A program made the translations under genes and the position numbers. A stretch of DNA of 64,000 bases, from IMG/VR virus record IMGVR_UViG_3300027797_000013, positions 32,001 to 96,000 of that record. One strand, 5' to 3'. The notes beneath the pieces were generated by a model. The model was given only the letters and a program-made list of their open reading frames with translations, did not search any database and was not told where the DNA came from. Source of the stretch: a virus. Positions 19,575 to 30,187 of this stretch are shown here, one piece after another. The stretch's first letter is position 1. Every line of letters starts with the position of its first letter.

Positions 19575-20036
19575 TTATTTATCCCAACCAAATTCAATCC
19601 ATTCGTCACCTTCGATAATTGCGCCAGTAAAGTCAACTAGATCTTGAGTCTTCTCTCTAGTTAGCAACGCTGCATACTCACATACAACTCCATAAATGCC
19701 AGCTGCTTTATTTGCTTTATGTCTAATAAAGTTAAAAGTATTGCCTGAGTCGCAGATATCATCTACGATGAGAACTCTATCACCTTTCGATACATCATCA
19801 AAGTAGAAATCTTGATATACATTAAAACTAGATGTCTGAGTCTTACCTTTATAAGAAGAAATACCTAGATTGTATACCTTCAGATCTAGTTTATAACCTA
19901 GCAGTACTGCTGGTATTAATCCGCCTCTCCCAATACCTACAATACAATCGTACTTACTTTCTGTCTCCTGTATCTGAGTCAGAATAGTCTTTATTAGACT
20001 ATTTACCGATTCATTTTTGTATATATATTCATTCAT
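19575..20036 (-). CDS. purine phosphoribosyltransferase-like protein
   Basis: GIGRGGLIP, VLIVDDICDSGNT (PRPP loop), WIEFGW. Confidence 0.85.
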   Translation of the reverse strand: MNEYIYKNESVNSLIKTILTQIQETESKYDCIVGIGRGGLIPAVLLGYKLDLKVYNLGISSYKGKTQTSSFNVYQDFYFDDVSKGDRVLIVDDICDSGNTFNFIRHKANKAAGIYGVVCEYAALLTREKTQDLVDFTGAIIEGDEWIEFGWDK

Positions 20037-20083
20037 TAATAAATTATACGCTGCATCTATGTTTTTGCTACATAAATATATGT

Positions 20084-20422
20084 ATGAGCGATTATAAGCA
20101 GCTGCGAGCTATATACGAAGGATGGCAAGGATTATCTCGAGATACTGCTCCTAATGATAGATATACTGCTACCTCATCTAATCACTCGTACAGAGGCTCA
20201 TTGCCGTTTAGCTCAGGAGGGTCAGATAACTTATATGCTCGTATGGCTACTAACACCGGAGTAGTTCCAGTTGAGTCTGAAGAAGAGCAAATTGGTGGAG
20301 TGATAAGTAAACTAGCTATTGTTACAAAGATTGAAGAGTTACAGAATGTAGCAGCAGAAAACGGGATGGATTGTTGTATACATACACTAGGTACTCTTAT
20401 AGAGTTTATAAAGAAAGGCTAG
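20084..20422 (+). CDS. hypothetical late protein
   Basis: TAAATA-N5-ATG; N-terminal IYE. Confidence 0.55.
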   Translation: MSDYKQLRAIYEGWQGLSRDTAPNDRYTATSSNHSYRGSLPFSSGGSDNLYARMATNTGVVPVESEEEQIGGVISKLAIVTKIEELQNVAAENGMDCCIHTLGTLIEFIKKG

Positions 20423-20697
20423 TCAGGCCATATAACCTTCCTCATAAGTAGTATAGCATGATCTACTAACCAGCTACACACAGCACTAGCAAATCCAATC
20501 TTCAACATATTAAACTCGCTAGTAGCACCTATTGCTAACCCTGTCCAGAACCCTAAGCACAACGAGCAATTAAACAGCTCTTGTGCTTTTGTAATTTTAC
20601 TACCTACATAAACTCTAAATTCTTCTAATAGGCTACTATGCTTTATTATTAAGCATAGACCTGCACTTGATAGTAGAGTAAGTATTAGAGAAGCCAT
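20419..20697 (-). CDS. small membrane protein with CxxC-x-x-FW motif
   Basis: Hydrophobic segments; CSLCLGFW. Confidence 0.55.
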   Translation of the reverse strand: MASLILTLLSSAGLCLIIKHSSLLEEFRVYVGSKITKAQELFNCSLCLGFWTGLAIGATSEFNMLKIGFASAVCSWLVDHAILLMRKVIWPD

Positions 20698-20699
20698 TA

Positions 20700-20900
20700 C
20701 TAACCAAGAAGTAATTTCTCGTCACCATCAAGAGTAGTTACAGCATCACCCATAAGCTTAAGCTCAGCTTTCTTAACTACAATAGTATTACCATCGTCAT
20801 CAGTAACCTGGTAACTATCTTCGCCTAGCTTAGTTACAACAGGACATCCTTTCTTCCCGCAACAAATCTTAACTTGGTTGGGTGCAATATTTTTAATCAT
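20700..20900 (-). CDS. small Cys-containing hypothetical protein
   Basis: CCGKKGCP; TAAATA-N5-ATG. Confidence 0.6.
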   Translation of the reverse strand: MIKNIAPNQVKICCGKKGCPVVTKLGEDSYQVTDDDGNTIVVKKAELKLMGDAVTTLDGDEKLLLG

Positions 20901-20915
20901 AATACTATTTATTAA

Positions 20916-21572
20916 TTAAATGCAGCTTTCAACTAGCTTTGCTTCATCTTCTCTACGCTTTAAAAGACCATCGACGCCTGCATTTACCCATAACCTTTTC
21001 ATCTTTCTTATCTCATTAGCAATCGCTTTATAATTTTTAGAAGGTACTAAAGCTCTTATATTTTTCATCTCTATACGTCTACTGCCAGCTACATCTGTCC
21101 CTCTGTTAAACACTAAGCTTAGTAAAGCACCGTATGCATCCGGATGTAATCTATCTGCACCAGGAAATACTCTATTGGTTTGATCAGCAAAGATAGGTAT
21201 AGTATGAGACTTAAAGACACTTAATGCATGCTCCCATGATATCTTTATATCTTTAACACCTGGAATTAACTCTTTAGCACTCCTACCCTTTACCCCTAGA
21301 GCTCGTGCTAGTCTAATAATATCTTGTGTACTAAGCTTACCTGTCCAAGATGCTTTAAAAGACTGTAAATTATTATAACCTAAATCATAACCTACCCCAA
21401 TAGTAACTCCGCTATTAAGACCTGGCCATGTAGGTCTATACAGAAGCTTATTATAGTATCTTTCACCTCCACCTACCTCATATTTTAGTATTAAGTTAAG
21501 AGCTTTATCTGATATCTGAGGACCTCCTATCCTAATACCATTACTCCTAACATCATCTTGTTCTTCATCCAT
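20916..21572 (-). CDS. endolysin, pesticin/T4-lysozyme-like muramidase
   Basis: YEVGG, WPG..SGVTIGVGYDLG, ALLSLVFNRG, GLLKRREDE. Start at MDEEQ follows TAAATA-N5. Confidence 0.8.
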   Translation of the reverse strand: MDEEQDDVRSNGIRIGGPQISDKALNLILKYEVGGGERYYNKLLYRPTWPGLNSGVTIGVGYDLGYNNLQSFKASWTGKLSTQDIIRLARALGVKGRSAKELIPGVKDIKISWEHALSVFKSHTIPIFADQTNRVFPGADRLHPDAYGALLSLVFNRGTDVAGSRRIEMKNIRALVPSKNYKAIANEIRKMKRLWVNAGVDGLLKRREDEAKLVESCI

Positions 21573-21624
21573 ATAATTATTTAGATTTACATTCAGTAAT
21601 GACAAGAAAAGAATAAATAATTAT

Positions 21625-21837
21625 ATGAACACATTTGATATACTAGCACAGTTCTTGCCTAATGCTAACTGGTTCGCAGTAATAACTGCTCTAGTTACTT
21701 TAGCTTCCGCCATCACCGCTGCAACTCCAACCCCTGCACCAGGTACTTCACTAGCTATGTTCTATAAGCTCATTGAGTTACTCGCTCTTAATATAGGTAG
21801 AGCAAAAGATACAGGTATACCAGAAGATAAATTTTAA
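21625..21837 (+). CDS. putative holin
   Basis: 70 aa, hydrophobic, TPTP motif; lies between the endolysin and spanins. Confidence 0.6.
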   Translation: MNTFDILAQFLPNANWFAVITALVTLASAITAATPTPAPGTSLAMFYKLIELLALNIGRAKDTGIPEDKF

Positions 21838-21841
21838 TAAA

Positions 21842-22102
21842 ATGATTATAGATCTTATAAAACAAACTTTAATTGCATTAACTGCGTATTTGCAGTTGAA
21901 AAATAAGTCTATGTTTTATAGTATAACTAGGTTATCTAGAGCAAAACAAAAGGAATTAATAAATGAAATTGAGAAAAATCGTAATACTGGTACTAATGAT
22001 TCAAATGATCATGCTGATCTCTTGCGCAAAGAGCTCATCGACGAACAACACTTCTTTGCAAATATATCAACCTACTATACTAAGATTGAAAGCAAACAGT
22101 GA
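21842..22102 (+). CDS. putative i-spanin (Rz-like)
   Basis: Weakly hydrophobic N-terminus, then a charged helix; overlaps the lipoprotein ORF. Confidence 0.5.
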   Translation: MIIDLIKQTLIALTAYLQLKNKSMFYSITRLSRAKQKELINEIEKNRNTGTNDSNDHADLLRKELIDEQHFFANISTYYTKIESKQ

Positions 22103-22211
22103 GGTTCAAACTGTCGATGGTTTATACACACCTCAAATAGACGAGGTATGGCATTCGGATAAAAGGTTTAGAGAGTTAGAGCGAACGTTATATTACCCTA
22201 GTTATAAGTAA
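21963..22211 (+). CDS. putative o-spanin lipoprotein (Rz1-like)
   Basis: Lipobox MLISC; overlaps the previous ORF in another frame. Confidence 0.55.
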   Translation: MKLRKIVILVLMIQMIMLISCAKSSSTNNTSLQIYQPTILRLKANSEVQTVDGLYTPQIDEVWHSDKRFRELERTLYYPSYK

Positions 22212-22218
22212 AGTTAGG

Positions 22219-22947
22219 ATGAATGTAATCTTTTGGCATATATGTGGACTCACAAACTATAAAAAAATAGTTACTTCGCAGTTTAATACCATTAAAAAAA
22301 CAGGATTACTTGACAAGGTAGATAAAATTTATGTTACATATCTTGGTGAAAATAAGACTGATATCAATTTTCTCTTAAGAAAATCAAATAAAATCGTATT
22401 AGACAAGTACGATCCATTTATATTTCATTATGAGAGATTATGCTTGCATTCAATGCATGATTTCTCGCAGCAAAATAATGCTAATATTTTATATATACAC
22501 GCTAAGGGTGTAAGTACACGATTTGATGGCGATTCAAAATTGCAAGATAATATCAAACAATGGAGAAAAATGATGGAGAACTTCTTAATATACCATCATG
22601 AAGAATGTATTAAATTACTAGAGCAGAATGATGCTCTTGGTTGCTGTTTAGTTAACTGCAGATCTAATGATCTAGTTATAGATAAAGAAGATCATGCATA
22701 TCACTTCAGTGGTAACTTTTGGTGGAGTAAGACTGATTATATAAAAACCTTACCTCGTATAAGGGAAGATATAGTAGGTAACCTAGCTGGTAACTGTGCG
22801 TTTCATTTATGCGAACGATGGGTCCTTCAAAAATGGCCTAACATTAAATTAGTTGAAGTGTATAAAGACCCACACTCCTGCCACTTTTATAGTAACCCTC
22901 CTTCTATAGATTACTTAAAGGCTGACCTAAACAAAGTTACTTCTTAA
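22219..22947 (+). CDS. putative glycosyltransferase-like protein
   Basis: LYIHAKG and HFSGNFWW motifs; lies among GT genes. Confidence 0.5.
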   Translation: MNVIFWHICGLTNYKKIVTSQFNTIKKTGLLDKVDKIYVTYLGENKTDINFLLRKSNKIVLDKYDPFIFHYERLCLHSMHDFSQQNNANILYIHAKGVSTRFDGDSKLQDNIKQWRKMMENFLIYHHEECIKLLEQNDALGCCLVNCRSNDLVIDKEDHAYHFSGNFWWSKTDYIKTLPRIREDIVGNLAGNCAFHLCERWVLQKWPNIKLVEVYKDPHSCHFYSNPPSIDYLKADLNKVTS

Positions 22948-23781
22948 TAGCTTTGTCTTATTTTTATTAAAGCTTTTAATTATTCTACGAATCTTCGTAT
23001 CAGAATATTTATCGCATAACTTAGATCTTAGATATTTAAATCTGACACTATTACTAACCGAGTCTTTCTCTTCTTGCGATAGATAAAACTCTACCCCTCT
23101 ATCTTTAAAGTATCTTAAATGATACCAAAAAGCACCTCCAATACTAAAGTCAAACATATACCATTGTAAATTTGGCTCATAATATTGCTCGCACTGAGCA
23201 TAAGAACCGTCATCGTATTTTACCATTCTAAAACAGGAACCTATCTTTATTTCTGTTAGAAAATGATCACCATGACATCCATTAAGAGGTATATTCTCAA
23301 ATGTTGAAACACTAATATTATTGTTGACGTCTACTGTGACATTATAGCCAACCATGCAGTAATACTTAGTTGTTTCCTTTCTCTTAAATAAATTGCTTAA
23401 TTCTTCTTCAAAATAAATTTGATCTGCGTCTATCTTTAAGAACCAGTTAAATTTACATTTACTCAGTCCATAGTTATAGTAATTTGCTAAAGAGTGACAT
23501 GGATTAAATCCTTCAATATAACCACTAGTGTTTGCTGGTATTACATATTGAGTATACTCATGTAGAGATATTTTTTTATATTTTAAGGCTAGTTCTGTAA
23601 GAATTTTAACTGTATTATCTACGCAGTTATGATATACAACTACCAACTCATCTACTACATTTATTACCGATTCAATAGATTGTCTAACAGTCCTCTCTTC
23701 ATTGCTTACCCTCATTAAGCCGGATACACCGTTTAAACGAGAACCTACCAGTGAATCTAAAAATTCCTGAGATATTAACAT
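22927..23781 (-). CDS. glycosyltransferase (GT-A fold)
   Basis: MRVSNEE…SIES, LANYYNYGL, WFLKIDADQ (DxD). Confidence 0.75.
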   Translation of the reverse strand: MLISQEFLDSLVGSRLNGVSGLMRVSNEERTVRQSIESVINVVDELVVVYHNCVDNTVKILTELALKYKKISLHEYTQYVIPANTSGYIEGFNPCHSLANYYNYGLSKCKFNWFLKIDADQIYFEEELSNLFKRKETTKYYCMVGYNVTVDVNNNISVSTFENIPLNGCHGDHFLTEIKIGSCFRMVKYDDGSYAQCEQYYEPNLQWYMFDFSIGGAFWYHLRYFKDRGVEFYLSQEEKDSVSNSVRFKYLRSKLCDKYSDTKIRRIIKSFNKNKTKLLRSNFV

Positions 23782-23831
23782 ACAGATTAATTATTCACAA
23801 CTAATAATTTATCTATTTTAATATTTTTTTA

Positions 23832-24458
23832 TTAGAAATCTAAATGACCAGGTATATGACAAACGTTATGATTAGCTGATATACGTACATTCTTGCTCGC
23901 TGATTGAATTAGATGATGTATTAACATCCAATCATGACCGTACCCATCAGACCAACTAACATTTAATTCTTTTTTGTGAATGATAGAGCTTGTTCCAATC
24001 CGCCCGTATTGTAATATATTCTCTCTTAAAGAAGCAGCATAATCATCATTATTATTATAATGAGTAACTACATAATCATTAGAATAACACCAATCTATAT
24101 CATCCGTAATTTGATTAGCAATAAGCTCTAAATGATTATTTCCAAAAAAATCATCACTATCCAAATAACAAATCCAATTACCTGTTGCTAACGAAATGCC
24201 TTTATTACGAGTGCTACCACTAAACAATGAAGCTTTTTCCTGTTTTAAAAAAACTATATCACTGCAATTATTAAATTTATCTAAGTAAACGTCTTCAGCT
24301 ATATCACAACCATCAGATATAATTATTAATTCTTTATTTTTATAAGTTTGATTAATAAAGGAATTAACCGATCTAATAAATTTATCAACTCTATTTGAAG
24401 CACAACCTTCATAATAGCTTAAAGTCACTGGCATTACTACTGAAATTTTACACATCAT
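23832..24458 (-). CDS. glycosyltransferase family 2
   Basis: ISVVMP, ELIIISDG, RNKGI..ATG.WICYLDSDD. Confidence 0.85.
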   Translation of the reverse strand: MMCKISVVMPVTLSYYEGCASNRVDKFIRSVNSFINQTYKNKELIIISDGCDIAEDVYLDKFNNCSDIVFLKQEKASLFSGSTRNKGISLATGNWICYLDSDDFFGNNHLELIANQITDDIDWCYSNDYVVTHYNNNDDYAASLRENILQYGRIGTSSIIHKKELNVSWSDGYGHDWMLIHHLIQSASKNVRISANHNVCHIPGHLDF

Positions 24459-24594
24459 ATATTAATAAAATTTACTTAAACAATTAAGTTTTTTGTTAGG
24501 TTGTACCATACTATATATATGAAATCTTTCGTAATGTACTAGACAATATCTAACTTTTTTTTAATAAAAGTAACCTCTTTTAATAAATATTATT

Positions 24595-25014
24595 ATGACA
24601 AATAAGCAAAGAGAAGCAATGTTACTCGAAGAGGCTTACTCAGAGGTAAATGAGGGTATTTTTACTCGTTTAAAAGGTCAAGTCGCCGGTATGGGTGCAG
24701 GCTTAAAACAAGGAGCTCAAAATATAGCTACAGGTGTTGCAGGCAAATTAGGTGCAACAGTAACGCCATCAGGTAAAACTATGGGACAAGCTTATGCTAA
24801 AGCTCAGCAAAAATCAATCTTTGCAAACTTTATGAAAGTAGCTGAAAAGGAAATTGCAGATTTTAACGCGGATTTGGAAAAATTAGGTAAAGCTGACCTA
24901 GCTACTTTAAAAGCATCACACCCAGAAATTGAACAAGTTATCAAGTCAAGTAAGGATTTGTTAGATTATCTTAAAAAGAAAAAGTACGCACCCCAGAAAA
25001 TCGCTTCAAAATAG
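24595..25014 (+). CDS. putative internal virion protein
   Basis: TAAATA upstream; N-terminal LLEEAY..VNEG. Confidence 0.45.
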   Translation: MTNKQREAMLLEEAYSEVNEGIFTRLKGQVAGMGAGLKQGAQNIATGVAGKLGATVTPSGKTMGQAYAKAQQKSIFANFMKVAEKEIADFNADLEKLGKADLATLKASHPEIEQVIKSSKDLLDYLKKKKYAPQKIASK

Positions 25015-25037
25015 CTTCTATACCAGTATTTAATAAC

Positions 25038-26342
25038 ATGAAAAACGACAATAAACTTATCTTCAATACATACGCGCGCACTACTGGCGCTTATCTGCTT
25101 AATGAAGCAGATCAGGCTGAAGCTGATCAAAATTTAATAAAACAAAATTTTGCAAAACAACTTGAAGAGCCAGAAGTTCAACAGGCAATGGTTAAACAAG
25201 CTGAAGAGCTTAAGGCAAAGTATCAAGCAGAGATTGATAAAGCCTTAGAAGCCGATGGAGGCACAGCTGGAAGTAATGTTGAAGCGTTATTACAAAAGAT
25301 TCAACAAGAGATTGAAGCACAAGCTCAGCAACAAGTTAAAGAATCAATTGAGTTGCAAGAGGGTTTTTTTAAGAGAGCTGGTGCTCTTGCTTCTGGAGCA
25401 ATGAAGAGAGCTGGAGACGTGATGACTAATACTGCTTCTAATAAGAGCTGGAGACAAGAAGCTATTTTAAAGAGATTCGAGTCACTGAAGTCTTCTTTAG
25501 GTAAGGAATTGAGAGAGTTACAATTAGATATGGAAACTACGTCTAATACAGATACAAAAGTAAAAGACTCTGTTAATAGAATTATAACATTTATTGGTAA
25601 TAAACGTGGTTTCACTCCTAAGTCGTCTAAATTTCAAGACTTTAGACATTCAGCAGGTAAATTTACGCAAAATGTATTAACAGGTGCTGCGATAGCACTT
25701 CCAGCAATGGCTTTAGCTGCTCCTGTAGCTACAGCAATGGGATTAACCGGTGCGGCTGCAGCTGCTACTGCAGCAGGTTTGACTGGAGGTTCTGTATCTT
25801 TCTTAAAAGATTTAATAAATGGTCAAAAACCAGATAAGAAGAGAATGGCTGTAACAGCACTTGCATCCGCTGCTGCAGCCGGATTGTTCCAGGTAGCTAT
25901 GGATAAATATTCTTCATCACCAGAAGCACCTACAGGTACTTCTCAATCGCCTGAAACATCTCAATCGCCTGAAACATCTCAATCGCCTGAAGTTCGTGAT
26001 GCCTTGCCTGTATTAGATCAAGGAGACACGTTTGAAACAATGCATGGTACGTCATATGATCCTGGCGCGACATTGGATCAAATGAAACAATCTTCTCACG
26101 ATGTCCTATGGAGTAAAAAGATCATGGGTACTACCGGTGATGGAACTGCAATACCATCGCCTGCTATACAAAATTACATAGATACATTAGCTAAAAGTAA
26201 TCCTGATAAAGCTCAATATATTATTGATTACATTAAAAATATGTCAAAGATAGATATTGACAATACATTATCTTCTAGTGCAAGAAAAAGCGGTGCTGCT
26301 GTTAACGCTCTTAAGAGTATTGTTAAAAGCAAATTTGGTTAA
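25038..26342 (+). CDS. putative internal virion/ejection protein with Ala-rich hydrophobic segments
   Basis: LLNEA and LQEG sites; hydrophobic Ala/Gly hairpin; SQSPET repeats. Confidence 0.45.
   Translation: MKNDNKLIFNTYARTTGAYLLNEADQAEADQNLIKQNFAKQLEEPEVQQAMVKQAEELKAKYQAEIDKALEADGGTAGSNVEALLQKIQQEIEAQAQQQVKESIELQEGFFKRAGALASGAMKRAGDVMTNTASNKSWRQEAILKRFESLKSSLGKELRELQLDMETTSNTDTKVKDSVNRIITFIGNKRGFTPKSSKFQDFRHSAGKFTQNVLTGAAIALPAMALAAPVATAMGLTGAAAAATAAGLTGGSVSFLKDLINGQKPDKKRMAVTALASAAAAGLFQVAMDKYSSSPEAPTGTSQSPETSQSPETSQSPEVRDALPVLDQGDTFETMHGTSYDPGATLDQMKQSSHDVLWSKKIMGTTGDGTAIPSPAIQNYIDTLAKSNPDKAQYIIDYIKNMSKIDIDNTLSSSARKSGAAVNALKSIVKSKFG
25941..25991 (+). repeat. 18-bp tandem repeat, about 3 copies (SQSPET)
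   Basis: TCTCAATCGCCTGAAACA repeated. Confidence 0.9.
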
Positions 26343-26369
26343 TCAATAACTTTATGAGCTATATAGTAC

Positions 26370-27011
26370 CTACTTTCGTAGGTACTTCCACGACACAGGA
26401 AACAACTCCTGTGTAATATTATCAATTTGCTCAGCTACTAACCTGGTTTCAAGCTGAGTATCTTTCTTGCATCGTAAGTTACAAACACGAGCAAAAGCAA
26501 TTAACGAGCCTGACCAATACCACTCAGTAAAGATGTTCTGAGGTAATACCATACGTGCTTGCTCAGCACATACACCAGCAGCTAATAGGTCTTTGTAGTA
26601 AGCTATACTAGCATTACATACAGCCTCTGCAGAGCTAGATAAGTCTTTAACATCAACAAACTGATCTTCATATGAGCCCTGCTTCTTATCCTCATTACGC
26701 TTACGCCAGCTATCAGGATAATAAATTTCAGGTACAGAGTCTACATACCTCCTCGATACCTCATTCCATACTAGACCAACAGTATGCTTTACTAGCTGAC
26801 GAGCAACAAAGATTGGAGCTTTAATATGAAAAGATAAAGCAGCATGACCAAAAGGAGTCCAGTGATTGTGTTCAGCTAAGAACTTAATAAGCCTTTCATC
26901 CCCAGCCTTTAACTTATCTCCTTCCCAGGTAGACTTCTTATCAAATGATACCCGAGCTGCATTTACTACAGATAAGTCAGTACCCATCTTATCAATTAAT
27001 TCTACAATCAT
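26370..27011 (-). CDS. thyX: flavin-dependent thymidylate synthase
   Basis: VNAARVSF, HWTPF, ARQLVKH, NEVSRRY, EQARMVLP. Confidence 0.95.
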   Translation of the reverse strand: MIVELIDKMGTDLSVVNAARVSFDKKSTWEGDKLKAGDERLIKFLAEHNHWTPFGHAALSFHIKAPIFVARQLVKHTVGLVWNEVSRRYVDSVPEIYYPDSWRKRNEDKKQGSYEDQFVDVKDLSSSAEAVCNASIAYYKDLLAAGVCAEQARMVLPQNIFTEWYWSGSLIAFARVCNLRCKKDTQLETRLVAEQIDNITQELFPVSWKYLRK

Positions 27012-27044
27012 ACTCTATGATAGAGTCATTACTGTCTTAATCAA

Positions 27045-27989
27045 CTATAACAATCTAGCTGTACCGTCTTTCTCTGCTTGTAGAAATGAATCATACGCAT
27101 GATTTATACCCTCTTCTAGATCTATACTATAGCTCCAACCTAACTCTTTTAACTTAGATACATCTAATAGCTTACGAGGAGTACCATCAGGCTTACTAGG
27201 GTCAGTAAGTATATTACCTTTAAAGCCAACAGTCTTAGCTACTAAGTGAGCTAATTCTAAAATGCTAATATCAGTTCCGGTACCTACATTAACCCAATCA
27301 GGAGGATTATCTACCTTAAGGATATGGAAGCACGCTTGAGCTAAATCATCAACGTGAAGAAACTCTCGTCTCGGTGTACCAGTTCCCCATAGTGTAACAT
27401 CACTATCTCCTCTTAGAGTAGCTTCATGAAACCTACGAATCAAAGCAGGTAGTACGTGTGAGTGTTCAGGGTGAAAGTTATCGCCTGGACCATATAGATT
27501 GGTAGGCATTACTGAGTGAAAGAGAACGCCATGCTGTCGTCTATATGACTGACACATCTTCAATCCTGCTATCTTAGCTATAGCATACGACTCATTAGTA
27601 GGCTCAAGAGCAGAGGTTAGTAAGCAATCCTCTGTCATTGGTTGTGGAGCCTCTTTAGGATAAATGCACGAGCTGCCTAAGAACAATAACCTGTCCACTT
27701 TAGTTTTATAAGCTAAGTCAATTAAGTTATGCTGTATTATTAAGTTATCTGATATAAAGTCTGCAGGTAAGTCTCTATTAGCCACGATACCTCCTACCTT
27801 AGCTGCAGCAATTATGACAGCATCAAACCTATGTTCAAACATAAAGTCTTCAACTTCATCCTGCATAGTTAAATCTAGTTCATATCTAGATGCAGTAACT
27901 ACATTCGTCCAACCAGCAGCTGCAGCAGCTCTTAATAGAGCTGACCCAACCATTCCTTTATGTCCTGCGATAAAAAGCTTCTTATTCAT
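27045..27989 (-). CDS. fcl: GDP-L-fucose synthase
   Basis: [44 protein letters not shown]. Confidence 0.95.
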   Translation of the reverse strand: MNKKLFIAGHKGMVGSALLRAAAAAGWTNVVTASRYELDLTMQDEVEDFMFEHRFDAVIIAAAKVGGIVANRDLPADFISDNLIIQHNLIDLAYKTKVDRLLFLGSSCIYPKEAPQPMTEDCLLTSALEPTNESYAIAKIAGLKMCQSYRRQHGVLFHSVMPTNLYGPGDNFHPEHSHVLPALIRRFHEATLRGDSDVTLWGTGTPRREFLHVDDLAQACFHILKVDNPPDWVNVGTGTDISILELAHLVAKTVGFKGNILTDPSKPDGTPRKLLDVSKLKELGWSYSIDLEEGINHAYDSFLQAEKDGTARLL

Positions 27990-27998
27990 AATGTGTAT

Positions 27999-28601
27999 CT
28001 ATATTTGATCCTCATGAATATAAACTCTACCACCTACTTTGCAAACAGATCTTATCTCTTCTTCGGTAAATTTACCAACAGTAGACATAAGGAATAGATC
28101 ACCACCTATCTCCTCTGGAATGCCTTCTATTGAAACAAGTTCCGTACTATGACACGTAAAGTTATACTTTACCTTTCTTGGAGCTCCTATAAGATTCTTA
28201 AACGGATTATAGGAACAGCTAAAAGAATCGAGTATTTCAGTAGGGCTGTACTCTAGACTATCAAGCAAATTATTAGAACAAATAAAATTACCTCCCGCAT
28301 ATGAAGGACAATATTGTAATGAGGTTAATTTATTACCACCACAGTTAAAGTGTTTATATACATAATCAGGTCCTCCTTCTAATGTTATAAGTTTATTTTC
28401 AGAACACTTAAAGGATCCCCCTCCATATGTATATTCTCTTCCGCCTTTTTGTACTGAAGAAGGAGAGTTAATAAGAGAGGTAAGTTTATTTTTAGAGCAA
28501 TCAAATCTACCTCTTACTTCTACCCCTTTCATAAAGTCAGGTAGCTCAGTTATATAGGTGTTATGAAAACTAACATCACCTTCTATGTATCTATTAGACA
28601 T
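27999..28601 (-). CDS. LRR-like repeat protein, paralogue 8
   Basis: YIEG..LPDF N-cap, LxSLxGxP..FxCxxN repeats, FTEEEIRSVC C-cap. Confidence 0.8.
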   Translation of the reverse strand: MSNRYIEGDVSFHNTYITELPDFMKGVEVRGRFDCSKNKLTSLINSPSSVQKGGREYTYGGGSFKCSENKLITLEGGPDYVYKHFNCGGNKLTSLQYCPSYAGGNFICSNNLLDSLEYSPTEILDSFSCSYNPFKNLIGAPRKVKYNFTCHSTELVSIEGIPEEIGGDLFLMSTVGKFTEEEIRSVCKVGGRVYIHEDQI

Positions 28602-29217
28602 ATACTCTACCTCCTACCTTACAAACTGCTCTTACTTGTTCTTCTGTAAATATGACAGGGTCATAGCCAGGACGAGCTCGTTGATTACTGCATATAAAGT
28701 CATTTCTAACTTCCTTTGGAGCTTCTGTTAAATCACTAAGTAAATTATTCGAGCAGTTAAAACTTCCTCCAACCGTTTTTGGAGAGCCTCTAAGGGTTGT
28801 GAGATTGTTATACCCGCATAGATAATGACCATCTTTGTCTGAGAGATACCCCCATCCATCGGCGGATGGAGACGCTTCAATAATAGTAGGCCCGAAATCA
28901 AGATTTTTAAGCATATTGTACCTACAATCGAAATCCCCGATAACTCTGGATGGTGAATGATTAAGTGAGGATATTTTATTGTATCGTATATCTACAGAAC
29001 CGCCTATAATACTAGGTATACCTTCTAAAGAGATTAGCTTATTATCCTTACAGCTAAATGAACCAGTCACTTCAGCAGGAGCATTCTTGAGAGTTCTAAG
29101 TTGGTTTTCACTAGCAAAGAACCCTCCTTTAACTATTAAGCCATTAAGAAACTCAGGTAGCTCCGTAATATAGAAACCTGATATATCAACCATACGCTCA
29201 ATATATCTCTTAGACAT
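28594..29217 (-). CDS. LRR-like repeat protein, paralogue 7
   Basis: Start MSKRYIE; same caps and repeats. Confidence 0.8.
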   Translation of the reverse strand: MSKRYIERMVDISGFYITELPEFLNGLIVKGGFFASENQLRTLKNAPAEVTGSFSCKDNKLISLEGIPSIIGGSVDIRYNKISSLNHSPSRVIGDFDCRYNMLKNLDFGPTIIEASPSADGWGYLSDKDGHYLCGYNNLTTLRGSPKTVGGSFNCSNNLLSDLTEAPKEVRNDFICSNQRARPGYDPVIFTEEQVRAVCKVGGRVYV

Positions 29218-30187
29218 ATCTAAAGCCTTTCTGAAGATTGGATAGATAGGATTCAACTAAGCTATAACCCTCTCCAGCAACCGTCACAATACGCTTCTTA
29301 ATCTCTTCAAAGACTCTCTGCTGCATAGGTACAATCTTTTCATTATAAATCGCCTCCCATTTAGGGTCATCAGTGAAATAATAATTACTCTCATATTCAG
29401 CCATACCTATGTTATCACCATCTCCGGTAACTTTATACCCTTTCTTTAACAAGCTTTTTACGAAAGCTATGGTAGGCTCTTGATATCTTTCAGCAGGAGC
29501 CTGGTTAGAATTACCTTTAATTTGTAAAATATCTTTCTTTTTTATCTCAAAAGTAACGTGAGGTCGGTTCTCTGCATCCCAGAGAGAAATAATGTCCTGG
29601 TTTGGAGTTTTAGGATCATAACTTCCAACACAGTGACCCATTTCATCTCCTTCACACTTATATGCTTTCTTAGAAAGTAACTTAACCCATGTCATCTCTC
29701 TACCACGGCCATCTTTAGTCTTATAGATAGGCTCATAATCGACTCCTTCCTTAAACTTATTGGCAGGAGCTGATGCAGCTTGTCTTGATCTAGCAGTCAT
29801 AGCTGCATCCCAAGAAGCAATCTTCTGTACAATAGTGCTATATGGTTCTTTATTAATTTTTGCTAAATCAATATCTTCTAGAGTATTAAAATAGTCAATC
29901 ATGTGATTAAGATACTCAATATCATCTGGCTCAAAGCCTGTAAAGTCAACAATACCTTCTCCAGACATCCACGAAGGCTCATCTTGAGTATATGTATGAG
30001 GACGAACTGGTTTCTTATCATCATCTTGGTTAGACTTAAACCATTTAATAAACTGAGTACTAAACCACTGACGTATAGGTGCTTTATTAACCCCTTTAGC
30101 ATCTAATACTTTATCAATAGAGAGCTGTAGAGGTTCAATCTGAGCTAAATTAGCCTCTTTAAGATAGAACTGAGTATAGGAAATCAT
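29210..30187 (-). CDS. PcfJ-like domain protein
   Basis: EGDEMGHCVGSY, PHVTFE, QIKGNSN motifs. Confidence 0.65.
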   Translation of the reverse strand: MISYTQFYLKEANLAQIEPLQLSIDKVLDAKGVNKAPIRQWFSTQFIKWFKSNQDDDKKPVRPHTYTQDEPSWMSGEGIVDFTGFEPDDIEYLNHMIDYFNTLEDIDLAKINKEPYSTIVQKIASWDAAMTARSRQAASAPANKFKEGVDYEPIYKTKDGRGREMTWVKLLSKKAYKCEGDEMGHCVGSYDPKTPNQDIISLWDAENRPHVTFEIKKKDILQIKGNSNQAPAERYQEPTIAFVKSLLKKGYKVTGDGDNIGMAEYESNYYFTDDPKWEAIYNEKIVPMQQRVFEEIKKRIVTVAGEGYSLVESYLSNLQKGFRYV

